DNA of 64,000 nucleotides, taken from the human T2T-CHM13v2.0 reference genome, Homo sapiens. Below are positions 39,961 to 52,600 of this stretch, in pieces. Position 1 is the first letter of the stretch; the number at the start of each line of letters is the position of its first letter. A program made the position numbers and the translations under genes. Below the pieces are notes generated by a model that ran no database searches, was not told the DNA's origin, and worked only from the letters and a program-made list of their open reading frames with translations. Location: the NCBI RefSeq assembly GCF_009914755.1, contig NC_060935.1; one strand, 5' to 3'.

Positions 39961-40643
39961 CATTCACAGACAATTCTTAGTGATCATTGGATTGAACTAA
40001 CAGAGCTGAACATTCCTTCAGATGGAGCAGTTTCCAAACACACTTTCTGTAGAATCTGCAAGTGGATATTTGGACCACTTTGTGGCCTTCCTTCGAAACG
40101 GGTATATCTTCACATCAAACCTAGACAGAAGCATTCTCAGAATGTTTCCTGTGATGACTGCATTCAACTCACAGAGGTGAACAATCCTGTTGATGCAGTA
40201 GTTTTGAAACTCTCTTTCTTTGGATTCTGCAAGTGGATATGTGGACCTCTGTGAAGATTTCGTTGGAAACGGGTTCATCTTCACAGAAAAACTAAACAGA
40301 AGCATTCTCAGAAACTGTTTTGTGATGTTTGTCTTCCACTTCAAGAATTGAACTTTCCTCTTGACAGAGCAGCTCTGAAACCCTCTTTTTCTAGAATCTG
40401 CAAGTGGACATTTGGAGGGCTTTGAGGCCTGTGGTGGAAAAGGAAAATCTTCACATAAAAACTAGATGGAAGCATTCTCAGAAACTACTTTGTGATGATT
40501 GCATTCGACTCACAGAGTTGAACATTCCTATAGATAGAGCAGGTTGTAAACAATCTTTTTGTAGAATCTGCGATTGGAGATTTGGACTGCTTTGAGGCCT
40601 ACTGTAGTAAAGGAAATAACTTCATCTAAAAACCAAACGGAAG
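39961..40643 (+). repeat. Variant 4-monomer HOR (683 bp) with a hybrid a/b monomer
   Basis: The period drops to 683 (ORF starts 39721 then 40404). Monomer-a sequence runs directly into monomer-b sequence at ...GATATTTGGAC|CACTTTGTGGCC. Confidence 0.95.
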
Positions 40644-43600
40644 CATTCACAGACAATTCTTAGTGATCATTGGATTGAACTAACAGAGCTGAACATTCCT
40701 TTAGGTGGAGCAGTTTCCAAACACACTTTCTGTAGAATCTGCAAGTGGATATTTGGACTTCTCTGAGGATTTCGTTGGAAATTGGATAAACTTCCCAGAA
40801 CTACACGGAAGCATTGTGAGAAACTTCTTTGTGATGTTTGCATTCAACTCACAGAGTTGAACCTTGCTTTCATAGTTCAGCTTTCAAACACTCTTTTTGT
40901 AGAATCTGCAAGTGGATATTTGGACCACTTTGTGGCCTTCCTTCGAAACGGGTATATCTTCACATCAAACCTAGACAGAAGCATTCTCAGAATGTTTCCT
41001 GTGATGACTGCATTCAACTCACAGAGGTGAACAATCCTGCTGATGGAGCAGTTTTGAAACTCTCTTTCTTTGGATTCTGCAAGTGGATATGTGGACCTCT
41101 GTGAAGATTTCGTTGGAAACGGGTTCATCTTCACAGAAAAACTAAACAGGAGCATTCTCAGAAACTGCTTTGTGATGTTTGTGTTCCACTTCAAGAATTG
41201 AACTTTCCTCTTGACAGAGCAGCTCTGAAACCCTCTTTTTCTAGAATCTGCAAGTGGACATTTGGAGGGATTTGAGGCCTGTGGTGGAAAAGGAAAATCT
41301 TCACATATAAACTAGATGGAAGCATTCTCAGAAACTACTTTGTGATGATTGCATTCGACTCACAGAGTTGAACATTCCTATAGATAGAGCAGGTTGTAAA
41401 CAATCTTTTTGTAGAATCTGCGATTGGAGATTTGGACTGCTTTGAGGCCTACTATAGTAAAGGAAATAACTTCATCTAAAAACAAAACGGAAGCATTCAC
41501 AGACAATTCTTAGTGATCATTGGATTGAACTAACAGAGCTGAACATTCCTTCAGATGGAGCAGTTTCCAAACACACTTTCTGTAGAATCTGCAAGTGGAT
41601 ATTTGGACTTCTCTGAGGATTTCGTTGGAAACGGGATAAACTTCCCAGAACTACACGGAAGCATTGTGAGAAACTTCTTTGTGATGTTTGCATTCAACTC
41701 ACAGAGTTGAACCTTGCTTTCATAGTTCAGCTTTGAAACACTCTTTTTGTAGAATCTGCAAGTGGATATTTGGACCACTTTGTGGCCTTCCTTCGAAACG
41801 GGTATATCTTCACATCAAACCTAGACAGAAGCATTCTCAGAATGTTTCCTGTGATGACTGCATTCAACTCACAGAGGTGAACAATCCTGTTGGTGGAGCA
41901 GTTTTGAAACTCTCTTTCTTTGGATTCTGCAAGTTGATATGTGGACCGCTGTGAAGATTTCGTTGGAAACGGGTTCATCTTCACAGAAAAACTAAACAGA
42001 AGCATTCTCAGAAACTGCTTTGTGATGTTTGTGTTCCACTTCAAGAATTGAACTTTCCTCTTGAAAGAGCAGCTCTAAAACCCTCTTTTTCTAGAATCTG
42101 CAAGTGGACATTTGGAGGGCTTTGAGGCCTGTGGTGGAAAAGGAAAATCTTCACATAAAAACTAGATGGAAGCATTCTCAGAAACTACTTTGTGATGATT
42201 GCATTCGACTCACAGAGTTGAACATTCCTATAGATAGAGCAGGTTGTAAACAATCTTTTTGTAGAATCTGCGATTGGAGATTTGGACTGCTTTGAGGCCT
42301 ACTGTAGTAAAGGAAATAACTTCATCTAAAAACCAAACGGAAGCATTCACAGACAATTCTTAGTGATCATTGGATTGAACTAACAGAGCTGAACATTCCT
42401 TTAGGTGGAGCAGTTTCCAAACACACTTTCTGTAGAATCTGCAAGTGGATATTTGGACTTCTCTGAGGATTTCGTTGGAAACGGGATAAACTTCCCAGAA
42501 CTACACGGAAGCATTCTGAGAAACTTCTTTGTGATGTTTGCATTCAACTCACAGAGTTGAACCTTGCTTTCATAGTTCAGCTTTCAAACACTCTTTTTGT
42601 AGAATCTGCAAGTGGATATTTGGACCACTTTGTGGCCTTCCTTCCAAACGGGTATATCTTCACATCAAACCTAGACAGAAGCATTCTCAGAATGTTTCCT
42701 GTGATGACTGCATTCAACTCACAGAGGTGAACAATCCTGCTGATGGAGCAGTTTTGAAACTCTCTTTCTCTGGATTCTGCAAGTGGATATGTGGACCTCT
42801 GTGAAGATTTCGTTGGAAACGGGTTCATCTTCACAGAAAAACTAAACAGGAGCATTCTCAGAAACTGCTTTGTGATGTTTGTGTTCCACTTCAAGAATTG
42901 AACTTTCCTCTTGACAGAGCAGCTCTGAAACCCTCTTTTTCTAGAATCTGCAAGTGGACATTTGGAGGGATTTGAGGCCTGTGGTGGAAAAGGAAAATCT
43001 TCACATAAAAACTAGATGGAAGCATTCTCAGAAACTACTTTGTGATGATTGCATTCGACTCACAGAGTTGAACATTCCTATAGATAGAGCAGGTTGTAAA
43101 CAAGCTTTTTGTAGAATCTGCGATTGGAGATTTGGACTGCTTTGAGGCCTACTGTAGTAAAGGAAATAACTTCATCTAAAAACCAAACGGAAGCATTCAC
43201 AGACAATTCTTAGTGATCATTGGATTGAACTAACAGAGCTGAACATTCCTTTAGATGGAGCAGTTTCCAAACCCACTTTCTGTAGAATCTGCAAGTGGAT
43301 ATTTGGACTTCTCTGAGGATTTCGTTGGAAACGGGATAAACTTCCCAGAACTACACGGAAGCATTGTGAGAAACTTCTTTGTGATGTTTGCATTCAACTC
43401 ACAGAGTTGAACCTTGCTTTCATAGTTCAGCTTTCAAACACTCTTTTTGTAGAATCTGCAAGTGGATATTTGGACCACTTTGTGGCCTTCCTTCGAAACG
43501 GGTATATCTTCACATCAAACCTAGACAGAAGCATTCTCAGAATGTTTCCTGTGATGACTGCATTCAACTCACAGAGGTGAACAATCCTGCTGATGGAGCA

Positions 43601-46600
43601 GTTTTGAAACTCTCTTTCTTTGGATTCTGCAAGTGGATATGTGGACCTCTGTGAAGATTTCGTTGGAAACGGGTTCATCTTCACAGAAAAACTAAACAGG
43701 AGCATTCTCAGAAACTGCTTTGTGATGTTTGTGTTCCACTTCAAGAATTGAACTTTCCTCTTCACAGAGCAGCTCTGAAACCCTCTTTTTCTAGAATCTG
43801 CAAGTGGACATTTGGAGGGATTTGAGGCTTGTGGTGGAAAAGGAAAATCTTCACATAAAAACTAGATGGAAGCATTCTCAGAAACTACTTTGTGATGATT
43901 GCATTCGACTCACAGAGTTGAACATTCCTATAGATAGAGCAGGTTGTAAACAATCTTTTTGTAGAATCTGCGATTGGAGATTTGGACTGCTTTGAGGCAT
44001 ACTATAGTAAAGGAAATAACTTCATCTAAAAACAAAACGGAAGCATTCACAGACAATTCTTAGTGATCATTGGATTGAACTAACAGAGCTGAACATTCCT
44101 TCAGATGGAGCAGTTTCCAAACACACTTTCTGTAGAATCTGCAAGTGGATATTTGGACTTCTCTGAGGATTTCGTTGGAAACGGGATAAACTTCCCAGAA
44201 CTACACGGAAGCATTGTGAGAAACTTCTTTGTGATGTTTGCATTCAACTCACAGAGTTGAACCTTGCTTTCATAGTTCAGCTTTCAAACACTCTTTTTGT
44301 AGAATCTGCAAGTGGATATTTGGACCACTTTGTGGCCTTCCTTCGAAACGGGTATATCTTCACATCAAACCTAGACAGAAGCATTCTCAGAATGTTTCCT
44401 GTGATGACTGCATTCAACTCACAGAGGTGAACAATCCTGTTGATGGAGCAGTTTTGAAACTCTCTTTCTTTGGATTCTGCAAGTTGATATGTGGACCTCT
44501 GTGAAGATTTCGTTGGAAACGGGTTCATCTTCACAGAAAAACTAAACAGAAGCATTCTCAGAAACTGCTTTGTGATGTTTGTGTTCCACTTCAGGAATTG
44601 AACTTTCCTCTTGACAGAGCAGCTCTGAAACCCTCTTTTTCTAGAATCTGCAAGTGGACATTTGGAGGGCTTTGAGGCCTGTGGTGGAAAAGGAAAATCT
44701 TCACATAAAAACTAGATGGAAGCATTCTCAGAAACTACTTTGTGATGATTGCATTCGACTCACAGGGTTGAACATTCCTATAGATAGAGCAGGTTGTAAA
44801 CAATCTTTTTGTAGAATCTGCGATTGCAGATTTGGACTGCTTTGAGGCCTACTGTAGTAAAGGAAATAACTTCATCTAAAAACCAAACGGAAGCATTCAC
44901 AGACAATTCTTAGTGATCATTGGATTGAACTAACAGAGCTGAACATTCCTTTAGATGGCGCAGTTTCCAAACCCACTTTCTGTAGAATCTGCAAGTGGAT
45001 ATTTGGACTTCTCTGAGGATTTCGTTGGAAACGGGATAAATTTCCCAGAACTACACGGAAGCATTCTGAGAAACTTCTTTGTGATGTTTTCATTCAACTC
45101 ACAGAGTTGAACCTTGCTTTCATAGTTCAGCTTTCAAACACTCTTTTTGTAGAATCTGCAAGTGGATATTTGGATCACTTTGTGGCCTTCCTTCGAAACG
45201 GGTATATCTTCACATCAAACCTAGACAGAAGCATTCTCAGAATGTTTCCTGTGATGACTGCATTCAACTCACAGAGGTGAACAATCCTGTTGATGGAGCA
45301 GTTTTGAAACTCTCTTTCTTTGGATTCTGCAAGTGGATATGTGGACCTCTGTGAAGATTTCGTTGGAAACGGGTTCATCTTCACAGAAAAACTAAACAGG
45401 AGCATTCTCAGAAACTGCTTTGTGATGTTTGTGTTCCACTTCAGGAATTGAACTTTCCTCTTGAAAGAGCACCTCTGAAACCCTCTTTATCTAGAATCTG
45501 CAAGTGGACATTTGGAGGGCTTTGAGGCCTGTGGTGGAAAAGGAAAATCTTCACATAAAAACTAGATGGAAGCATTCTCAGAAACTACTTTGTGATGATT
45601 GCATTCGACTCACAGAGTTGAACATTCCTATAGATAGAGCAGGTTGTAAATAATCTTTTTGTAGAATCTGCGATTGGAGATTTGGACTGCTTTGAGGCCT
45701 ACTGTAGTAAAGGAAATAACTTCATCTAAATACCAGACGGAAGCATTCACAGACAATTCTTAGTGATCATTGGATTGAACTAACAGAGCTGAACATTCCT
45801 TTAGATGGAGCAGTTTCCAAACACACTTTCTGTAGAATCTGCAAGTGGATATTTGGACTTCTCTGAGGATTTCGTTGGAAACGGGATAAACTTCCCAGAA
45901 CTACACGGAAGCATTCTGAGAAACTTCTTTGTGATGTTTGCATTCAACTCACAGAGTTGAACCTTGCTTTCATAGTTCAGCTTTCAAACACTCTTTTTGT
46001 AGAATCTGCAAGTGGATATTTGGACCACTTTGTGGCCTTCCTTCGAAACGGGTATATCTTCACATCAAACCTAGACAGAAGCATTCTCAGAATGTTTCCT
46101 GTGATGACTGCATTCAACTCACAGAGGTGAACAATCCTGTTGATGGAGCAGTTTTGAAACTCTCTTTCTTTGGATTCTGCAAGTTGATATGTGGACCTCT
46201 GTGAAGATTTCGTTGGAAACGGGTTCATCTTCACAGAAAAACTAAACAGAAGCATTCTCAGAAACTGCTTTGTGATGTTTGTGTTCCACTTCAGGAATTG
46301 AACTTTCCTCTTGACAGAGCAGCTCTGAAACCCTCTTTTTCTAGAATCTGCAAGTGGACATTTGGAGGGCTTTGAGGCCTGTGGTGGAAAAGGAAAATCT
46401 TCACATAAAAACTAGATGGAAGCATTCTCAGAAACTACTTTGTGATGATTGCATTCGACTCACAGGGTTGAACATTCCTATAGATAGAGCAGGTTGTAAA
46501 CAATCTTTTTGTAGAATCTGCGATTGGAGATTTGGACTGCTTTGAGGCCTACTGTAGTAAAGGAAATAACTTCATCTAAAAACCAAACGGAAGCATTCAC

Positions 46601-49600
46601 AGACAATTCTTAGTGATCATTGGATTGAACTAACAGAGCTGAACATTCCTTTAGATGGCGCAGTTTCCAAACCCACTTTCTGTAGAATCTGCAAGTGGAT
46701 ATTTGGACTTCTCTGAGGATTTCGTTGGAAACGGGATAAATTTCCCAGAACTACACGGAAGCATTCTGAGAAACTTCTTTGTGATGTTTTCATTCAACTC
46801 ACAGAGTTGAACCTTGCTTTCATAGTTCAGCTTTCAAACACTCTTTTTGTAGAATCTGCAAGTGGATATTTGGATCACTTTGTGGCCTTCCTTCGAAACG
46901 GGTATATCTTCACATCAAACCTAGACAGAAGCATTCTCAGAATGTTTCCTGTGATGACTGCATTCAACTCACAGAGGTGAACAATCCTGTTGATGGAGCA
47001 GTTTTGAAACTCTCTTTCTTTGGATTCTGCAAGTGGATATGTGGACCTCTGTGAAGATTTCGTAGGAAACGGGTTCATCTTCACAGAAAAACTCAACAGG
47101 AGCATTCTCAGAAACTGCTTTGTGATGTTTGTGTTCCACTTCAAGAATTGAACTTTCCTCTTGACAGAGCAGCTCTGAAACCCTCTTTTTCTAGAATCTG
47201 CAAGTGGACATTTGGAGGGCTTTGAGGCCTGTGGTGGAAAAGGAAAATCTTCACATAAAAACTAGATGGAAGCATTCTCAGAAACTACTTTGTGATGATT
47301 GCATTCGACTCACAGAGTTGAACATTCCTATAGATAGAGCAGGTTGTAAACAATCTTTTTGTAGAATCTGCGATTGGAGATTTGGACTGCTTTGAGGCCT
47401 ACTGTAGTAAAGGAAATAACTTCATCTAAAAACCAAACGGAAGCATTTACAGACAATTCTTAGTGATCATTGGATTGAACTAACAGAGCTGGACATTCCT
47501 TTAGATGGAGCAGTTTCCAAACCCACTTTCTGTAGAATCTGCAAGTGGATATTTGGACTTCTCTGAGGATTTCGTTGGAAACGGGATAAACTTCCCAGAA
47601 CTACAGGGAAGCATTCTGAGAAACTTGTTTGTGATGTTTGCATTCAACTCACAGAGTTGAACCTTGCTTTCATAGTTCAGCTTTCAAACCCTCTTTTTGT
47701 AGAATCTGCAAGTGGATATTTGGACCACTTTGTGGCCTTCCTTCGAAACGGGTACATCTTCACATCAAACCTAGACAGAAGCATTCTCAGAATGTTTCCT
47801 GGGATGACTGCATTCAACTCACAGAGGTGAACAATCCTGTTGATGGAGCACTTTTGAAACTCTCTTTCTTTGGATTCTGCAAGTTGATATGTGGACCTCT
47901 GTGAAGATTTCGTTGGAAACGGTTTCATCTTCACAGAAAAACTAAACAGAAGCATTCTCAGAAACTGCTTTGTGATGTTTGTGTTCCACTTCAGGAATTG
48001 AACATTCCTCTTGAAAGAGCACCTCTGAAACCCTCTTTTTCTGGAATCTGCAAGTGGACATTTGGAGGGCTTTGAGGTCTGTGGTGGAAAAGGAAAATCT
48101 TCACATAAAATCTAGATGGAAGCATTCTCAGAAACTACTTTGTGATGATTGCATTCGACCCACAGAGTTGAACATTCCTATAGATAGAGCAGGTTGCAAA
48201 CAATCTTTTTGTAGAATCTGCGATTGGAGATTTGGACTGCTTTGAGGCCTACTATAGTAAAGGAAATAACTTCATCTAAAAACCAAACGGAAGCATTCAC
48301 AGACAATTCTTAGTGATCATTGGATTGAACTAACAGAGCTGAACATTCCCTTAGATGGCGCAGTTTCCAAACACACTTTCTGTAGAATCTGCAAGTGGAT
48401 ATTTGGACCTCTCTGAGGATTTCGTTGGAAACGGGATAAACTTCCCAGAACTACACGGAAGCATTGTGAGAAACTTCTTTGTGATGTTTGCATTCAACTC
48501 ACAGAGTTGAACCTTGCTTTCATAATTCAGCTTTCAAACACTCTTTTTGTAGAATCTGCAAGTGGATATTTGCACCACTTTGTGGCCTTCCTTCGAAACG
48601 GGTATATCTTCACATCAAACCTAGACAGAAGCATTCTCAGAATGTTTCCTGTGATGACTGCATTCAACTCACAGAGGTGAACAATCCTGTTGATGGAGCA
48701 CTTTTGAAACTCTCTTTCTTTGGATTCTGCAAGTTGATATGTGGACTTCTGTGAAGATTTCGTTGGAAACGGGTTCATCTTCACAGAAAAACTAAACAGG
48801 AGCATTCTCAGAAACTGCTTTGTGATGTTTGTGTTCCACTTCAAGAATTGAACTTTCCTCTTGACAGAGCAGCTCTGAAACCCTCTTATTCTAGAATCTG
48901 CAAGTGGACATTTGGAGGGCTTTGAGGCCTGTGGTGGAAAAGGAAAATCTTCACATAAAAACTAGATGGAAGCATTCTCAGAAACTACTTTGTGATGATT
49001 GCATTCGACTCACAGAGTTGAACATTCCTATAGATAGAGCAGGTTGTAAACAATCTTTTTGTAGAATCTGCGATTGGAGATTTGGACTGCTTTGAGGCCT
49101 ACTGTAGTAAAGGAAATAACTTCATCTAAAAACCAAACGGAAGCATTCACAGACAATTCTTAGTGATCATTGGATTGAACTAACAGAGCTGAACATTCCT
49201 TTAGATGGCGCAGTTTCCAAACCCACTTTCTGTAGAATCTGCAAGTGGATATTTGGACTTCTCTGAGGATTTCGTTGGAAACGGGATAAATTTCCCAGAA
49301 CTACACGGAAGCATTCTGAGAAACTTCTTTGTGATGTTTTCATTCAACTCACAGAGTTGAACCTTGCTTTCATAGTTCAGCTTTCAAACACTCTTTTTGT
49401 AGAATCTGCAAGTGGATATTTGGATCACTTTGTGGCCTTCCTTCGAAACGGGTATATCTTCACATCAAACCTAGACAGAAGCATTCTCAGAATGTTTCCT
49501 GTGATGACTGCATTCAACTCACAGAGGTGAACAATCCTGTTGATGGAGCAGTTTTGAAACTCTCTTTCTTTGGATTCTGCAAGTGGATATGTGGACCTCT

Positions 49601-52600
49601 GTGAAGATTTCGTTGGAAACGGGTTCATCTTCACAGAAAAACTAAACAGGAGCATTCTCAGAAACTGCTTTGTGATGTTTGTGTTCCACTTCAGGAATTG
49701 AACTTTCCTCTTGAAAGAGCACCTCTGAAACCCTCTTTATCTAGAATCTGCAAGTGGACATTTGGAGGGCTTTGAGGCCTGTGGTGGAAAAGGAAAATCT
49801 TCACATAAAAACTAGATGGAAGCATTCTCAGAAACTACTTTGTGATGATTGCATTCGACTCACAGAGTTGAACATTCCTATAGATAGAGCAGGTTGTAAA
49901 TAATCTTTTTGTAGAATCTGCGATTGGAGATTTGGACTGCTTTGAGGCCTACTGTAGTAAAGGAAATAACTTCATCTAAATACCAGACGGAAGCATTCAC
50001 AGACAATTCTTAGTGATCATTGGATTGAACTAACAGAGCTGAACATTCCTTTAGATGGAGCAGTTTCCTAACCCACTTTCTGTAGAATCTGCAAGTGGAT
50101 ATTTGGACTTCTCTGAGGATTTCGTTGGAAACGGGATAAACTTCCCAGAACTACAGGGAAGCATTGTGAGAAACTTCTTTGTGATGTTTGCATTCAACTC
50201 ACAGAGTTAAACCTTGCTTTCATAGTTCAGCTTTCAAACACTCTTTTTGTAGAATCTGCAAGTGGATATTTGGACCACTTTGTGGCCTTCCTTCGAAACG
50301 GGTATATCTTCACATCAAACCTAGACAGAAGCATTCTCAGAATGTTTCCTGTGATGACTGCATTCAACTCACAGAGGTGAACAATCCTCTTGACGGAGCA
50401 GTTTTGAAACTCTCTTTCTTTGGATTCTGCAAGTTGATATGTGGACCTCTGTGAAGATTTCGTTGGAAACGGGTTCATCTTCACAGAAAAACTAAACATA
50501 AGCATTCTCAGAAACTGCTTTGTGATGTTTGTGTTCTACTTCAAGAATTGAACTTTCCTCTTGACAGAGCAGCTCTGAAACCCTCTTTTTCTAGAATCTG
50601 CAAGTGGACATTTGGAGGGCTTTGAGGTCTGTGGTGGAAAAGGAAAATCTTCACATAAAAACTAGATGGAAGCATTCTCAGAAACTACTTTGTGATGATT
50701 GCATTCGACTCACAGAGTTGAACATTCCTATAGATAGAGCAGGTTGTAAACAATCTTTTTGTAGAATCTGCGATTGGAGATTTGGACTGCTTTGAGGCCT
50801 ACTGTAGTAAAGGAAATAACTTCATCTAAAAACCAAACGGAAGCATTCACAGACAATTCTTAGTGATCATTGCATTGAACTAACAGAGCTGAACATTCCT
50901 TTAGATGGTGCAGTTTCCAAACACACTTTCTGTAGAATCTGCAAGTGGATATTTGGACCTCTCTGAGGATTTCGTTGGAAACGGGATAAACTTCCCAGAA
51001 CTACACGGAAGCATTCTGAGAAACTTCTTTGTGATGTTTGCATTCAACTCACAGAGTTGAACCTTGCTTTCATAGTTCAGCTTTCAAACACTCTTTTTGT
51101 AGAATCTGCAAGTGGATATTTGGACCACTTTGTGGCCTTCCTTCGAAACGGGTATATCTTCACATCAAACCTAGACAGAAGCATTCTCAGAATGTTTCCT
51201 GTGATGACTGCATTAAACTCACAGAGGTGAACAATCCTGCTGATGGAGCAGTTTTGAAACTCTCTTTCTTTGGATTCTGCAAGTGGATATGTGGACATCT
51301 GTGAAGATTTCGTTGGAAACGGGTTCATCTTCACAGAAAAACTAAACAGAAGCATTCTCAGAAACTGCTTTGTGATGTTTGTGTTCCACTTCAGGAATTG
51401 AACTTTCCTCTTGACAGAGCAGCTCTGAAACCCTCTTATTCTAGAATCTGCAAGTGGACATTTGGAGGGCTTTGAGGCCTGTGGTGGAAAAGGAAAATCT
51501 TCACATAAAAACTAGATGGAAGCATTCTCAGAAACTACTTTTTGATGATTGCATTCGACTCACAGAGTTGAACATTCCTATAGATAGAGCAGGTTGTAAA
51601 CAATCTTTTTGTAGAATCTGCGATTGGAGATTTGGACTGCTTTGAGGCCTACTGTAGTAAAGGAAATAACTTCATCTAAAAACCAAACGGAAGCATTCAC
51701 AGACAATTCTTAGTGATCATTGGATTGAACTAACAGAGCTGAACATTCCTTTAGATGGAGCAGTTTCCAAACACACTTTCTGTAGAATCTGCAAGTGGAT
51801 ATTTGGACTTCTCTGAGGATTTCGTTGGAAACGGGATAAACTTCCCAGAACTACACGGAAGCATTCTGAGAAACTTCTTTGTGATGTTTGCATTCAACTC
51901 ACAGAGTTGAACCTTGCTTTCATAGTTCAGCTTTCAAACACTCTTTTTGTAGAATCTGCAAGTGGATATTTGGACCACTTTGTGGCCTTCCTTCGAAACG
52001 GGTATATCTTCACATCAAACCTAGACAGAAGCATTCTCAGAATGTTTCCTGTGATGACTGCATTCAACTCACAGAGGTGAACAATCCTGCTGATGGAGCA
52101 GTTTTGAAACTCTCTTTCTTTGGATTCTGCAACTGGATATGTGGACCTCTGTGAAGATTTCGTTGGAAACGGGTTCATCTTCACAGAAAAACTAAACAGA
52201 AGCATTCTCAGAAACTGCTTTGTGATGTTTGTGTTCCACTTCAGGAATTGAACTTTCCTCTTGAAAGAGCACCTCTGAAACCCTCTTTCTCTAGAATCTG
52301 CAAGTGGACATTTGGAGGGCTTTGAGGCCAGTGGTGGAAAAGGAAAATCTTCACATAAAAACTAGATGGAAGCATTCTCAGAAACTACTTTGTGATGATT
52401 GCATTCGACTCACAGAGTTGAACATTCCTATACATAGAGCAGGTTGTAAACAATCTTTTTGTAGAATCTGCGATTGGAGATTTGGACTGCTTTGAGGCCT
52501 ACTGTAGTAAAGGAAATAACTTCATCTAAAAACCAAACGGAAGCATTCACAGACAATTCTTAGTGATCATTGGATTGAACTAACAGAGCTGAACATTCCT

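Noticed and set aside
43102-43107. Apparently unique HindIII site (AAGCTT)
   Set aside because: A single private substitution, useful only as a mapping marker.
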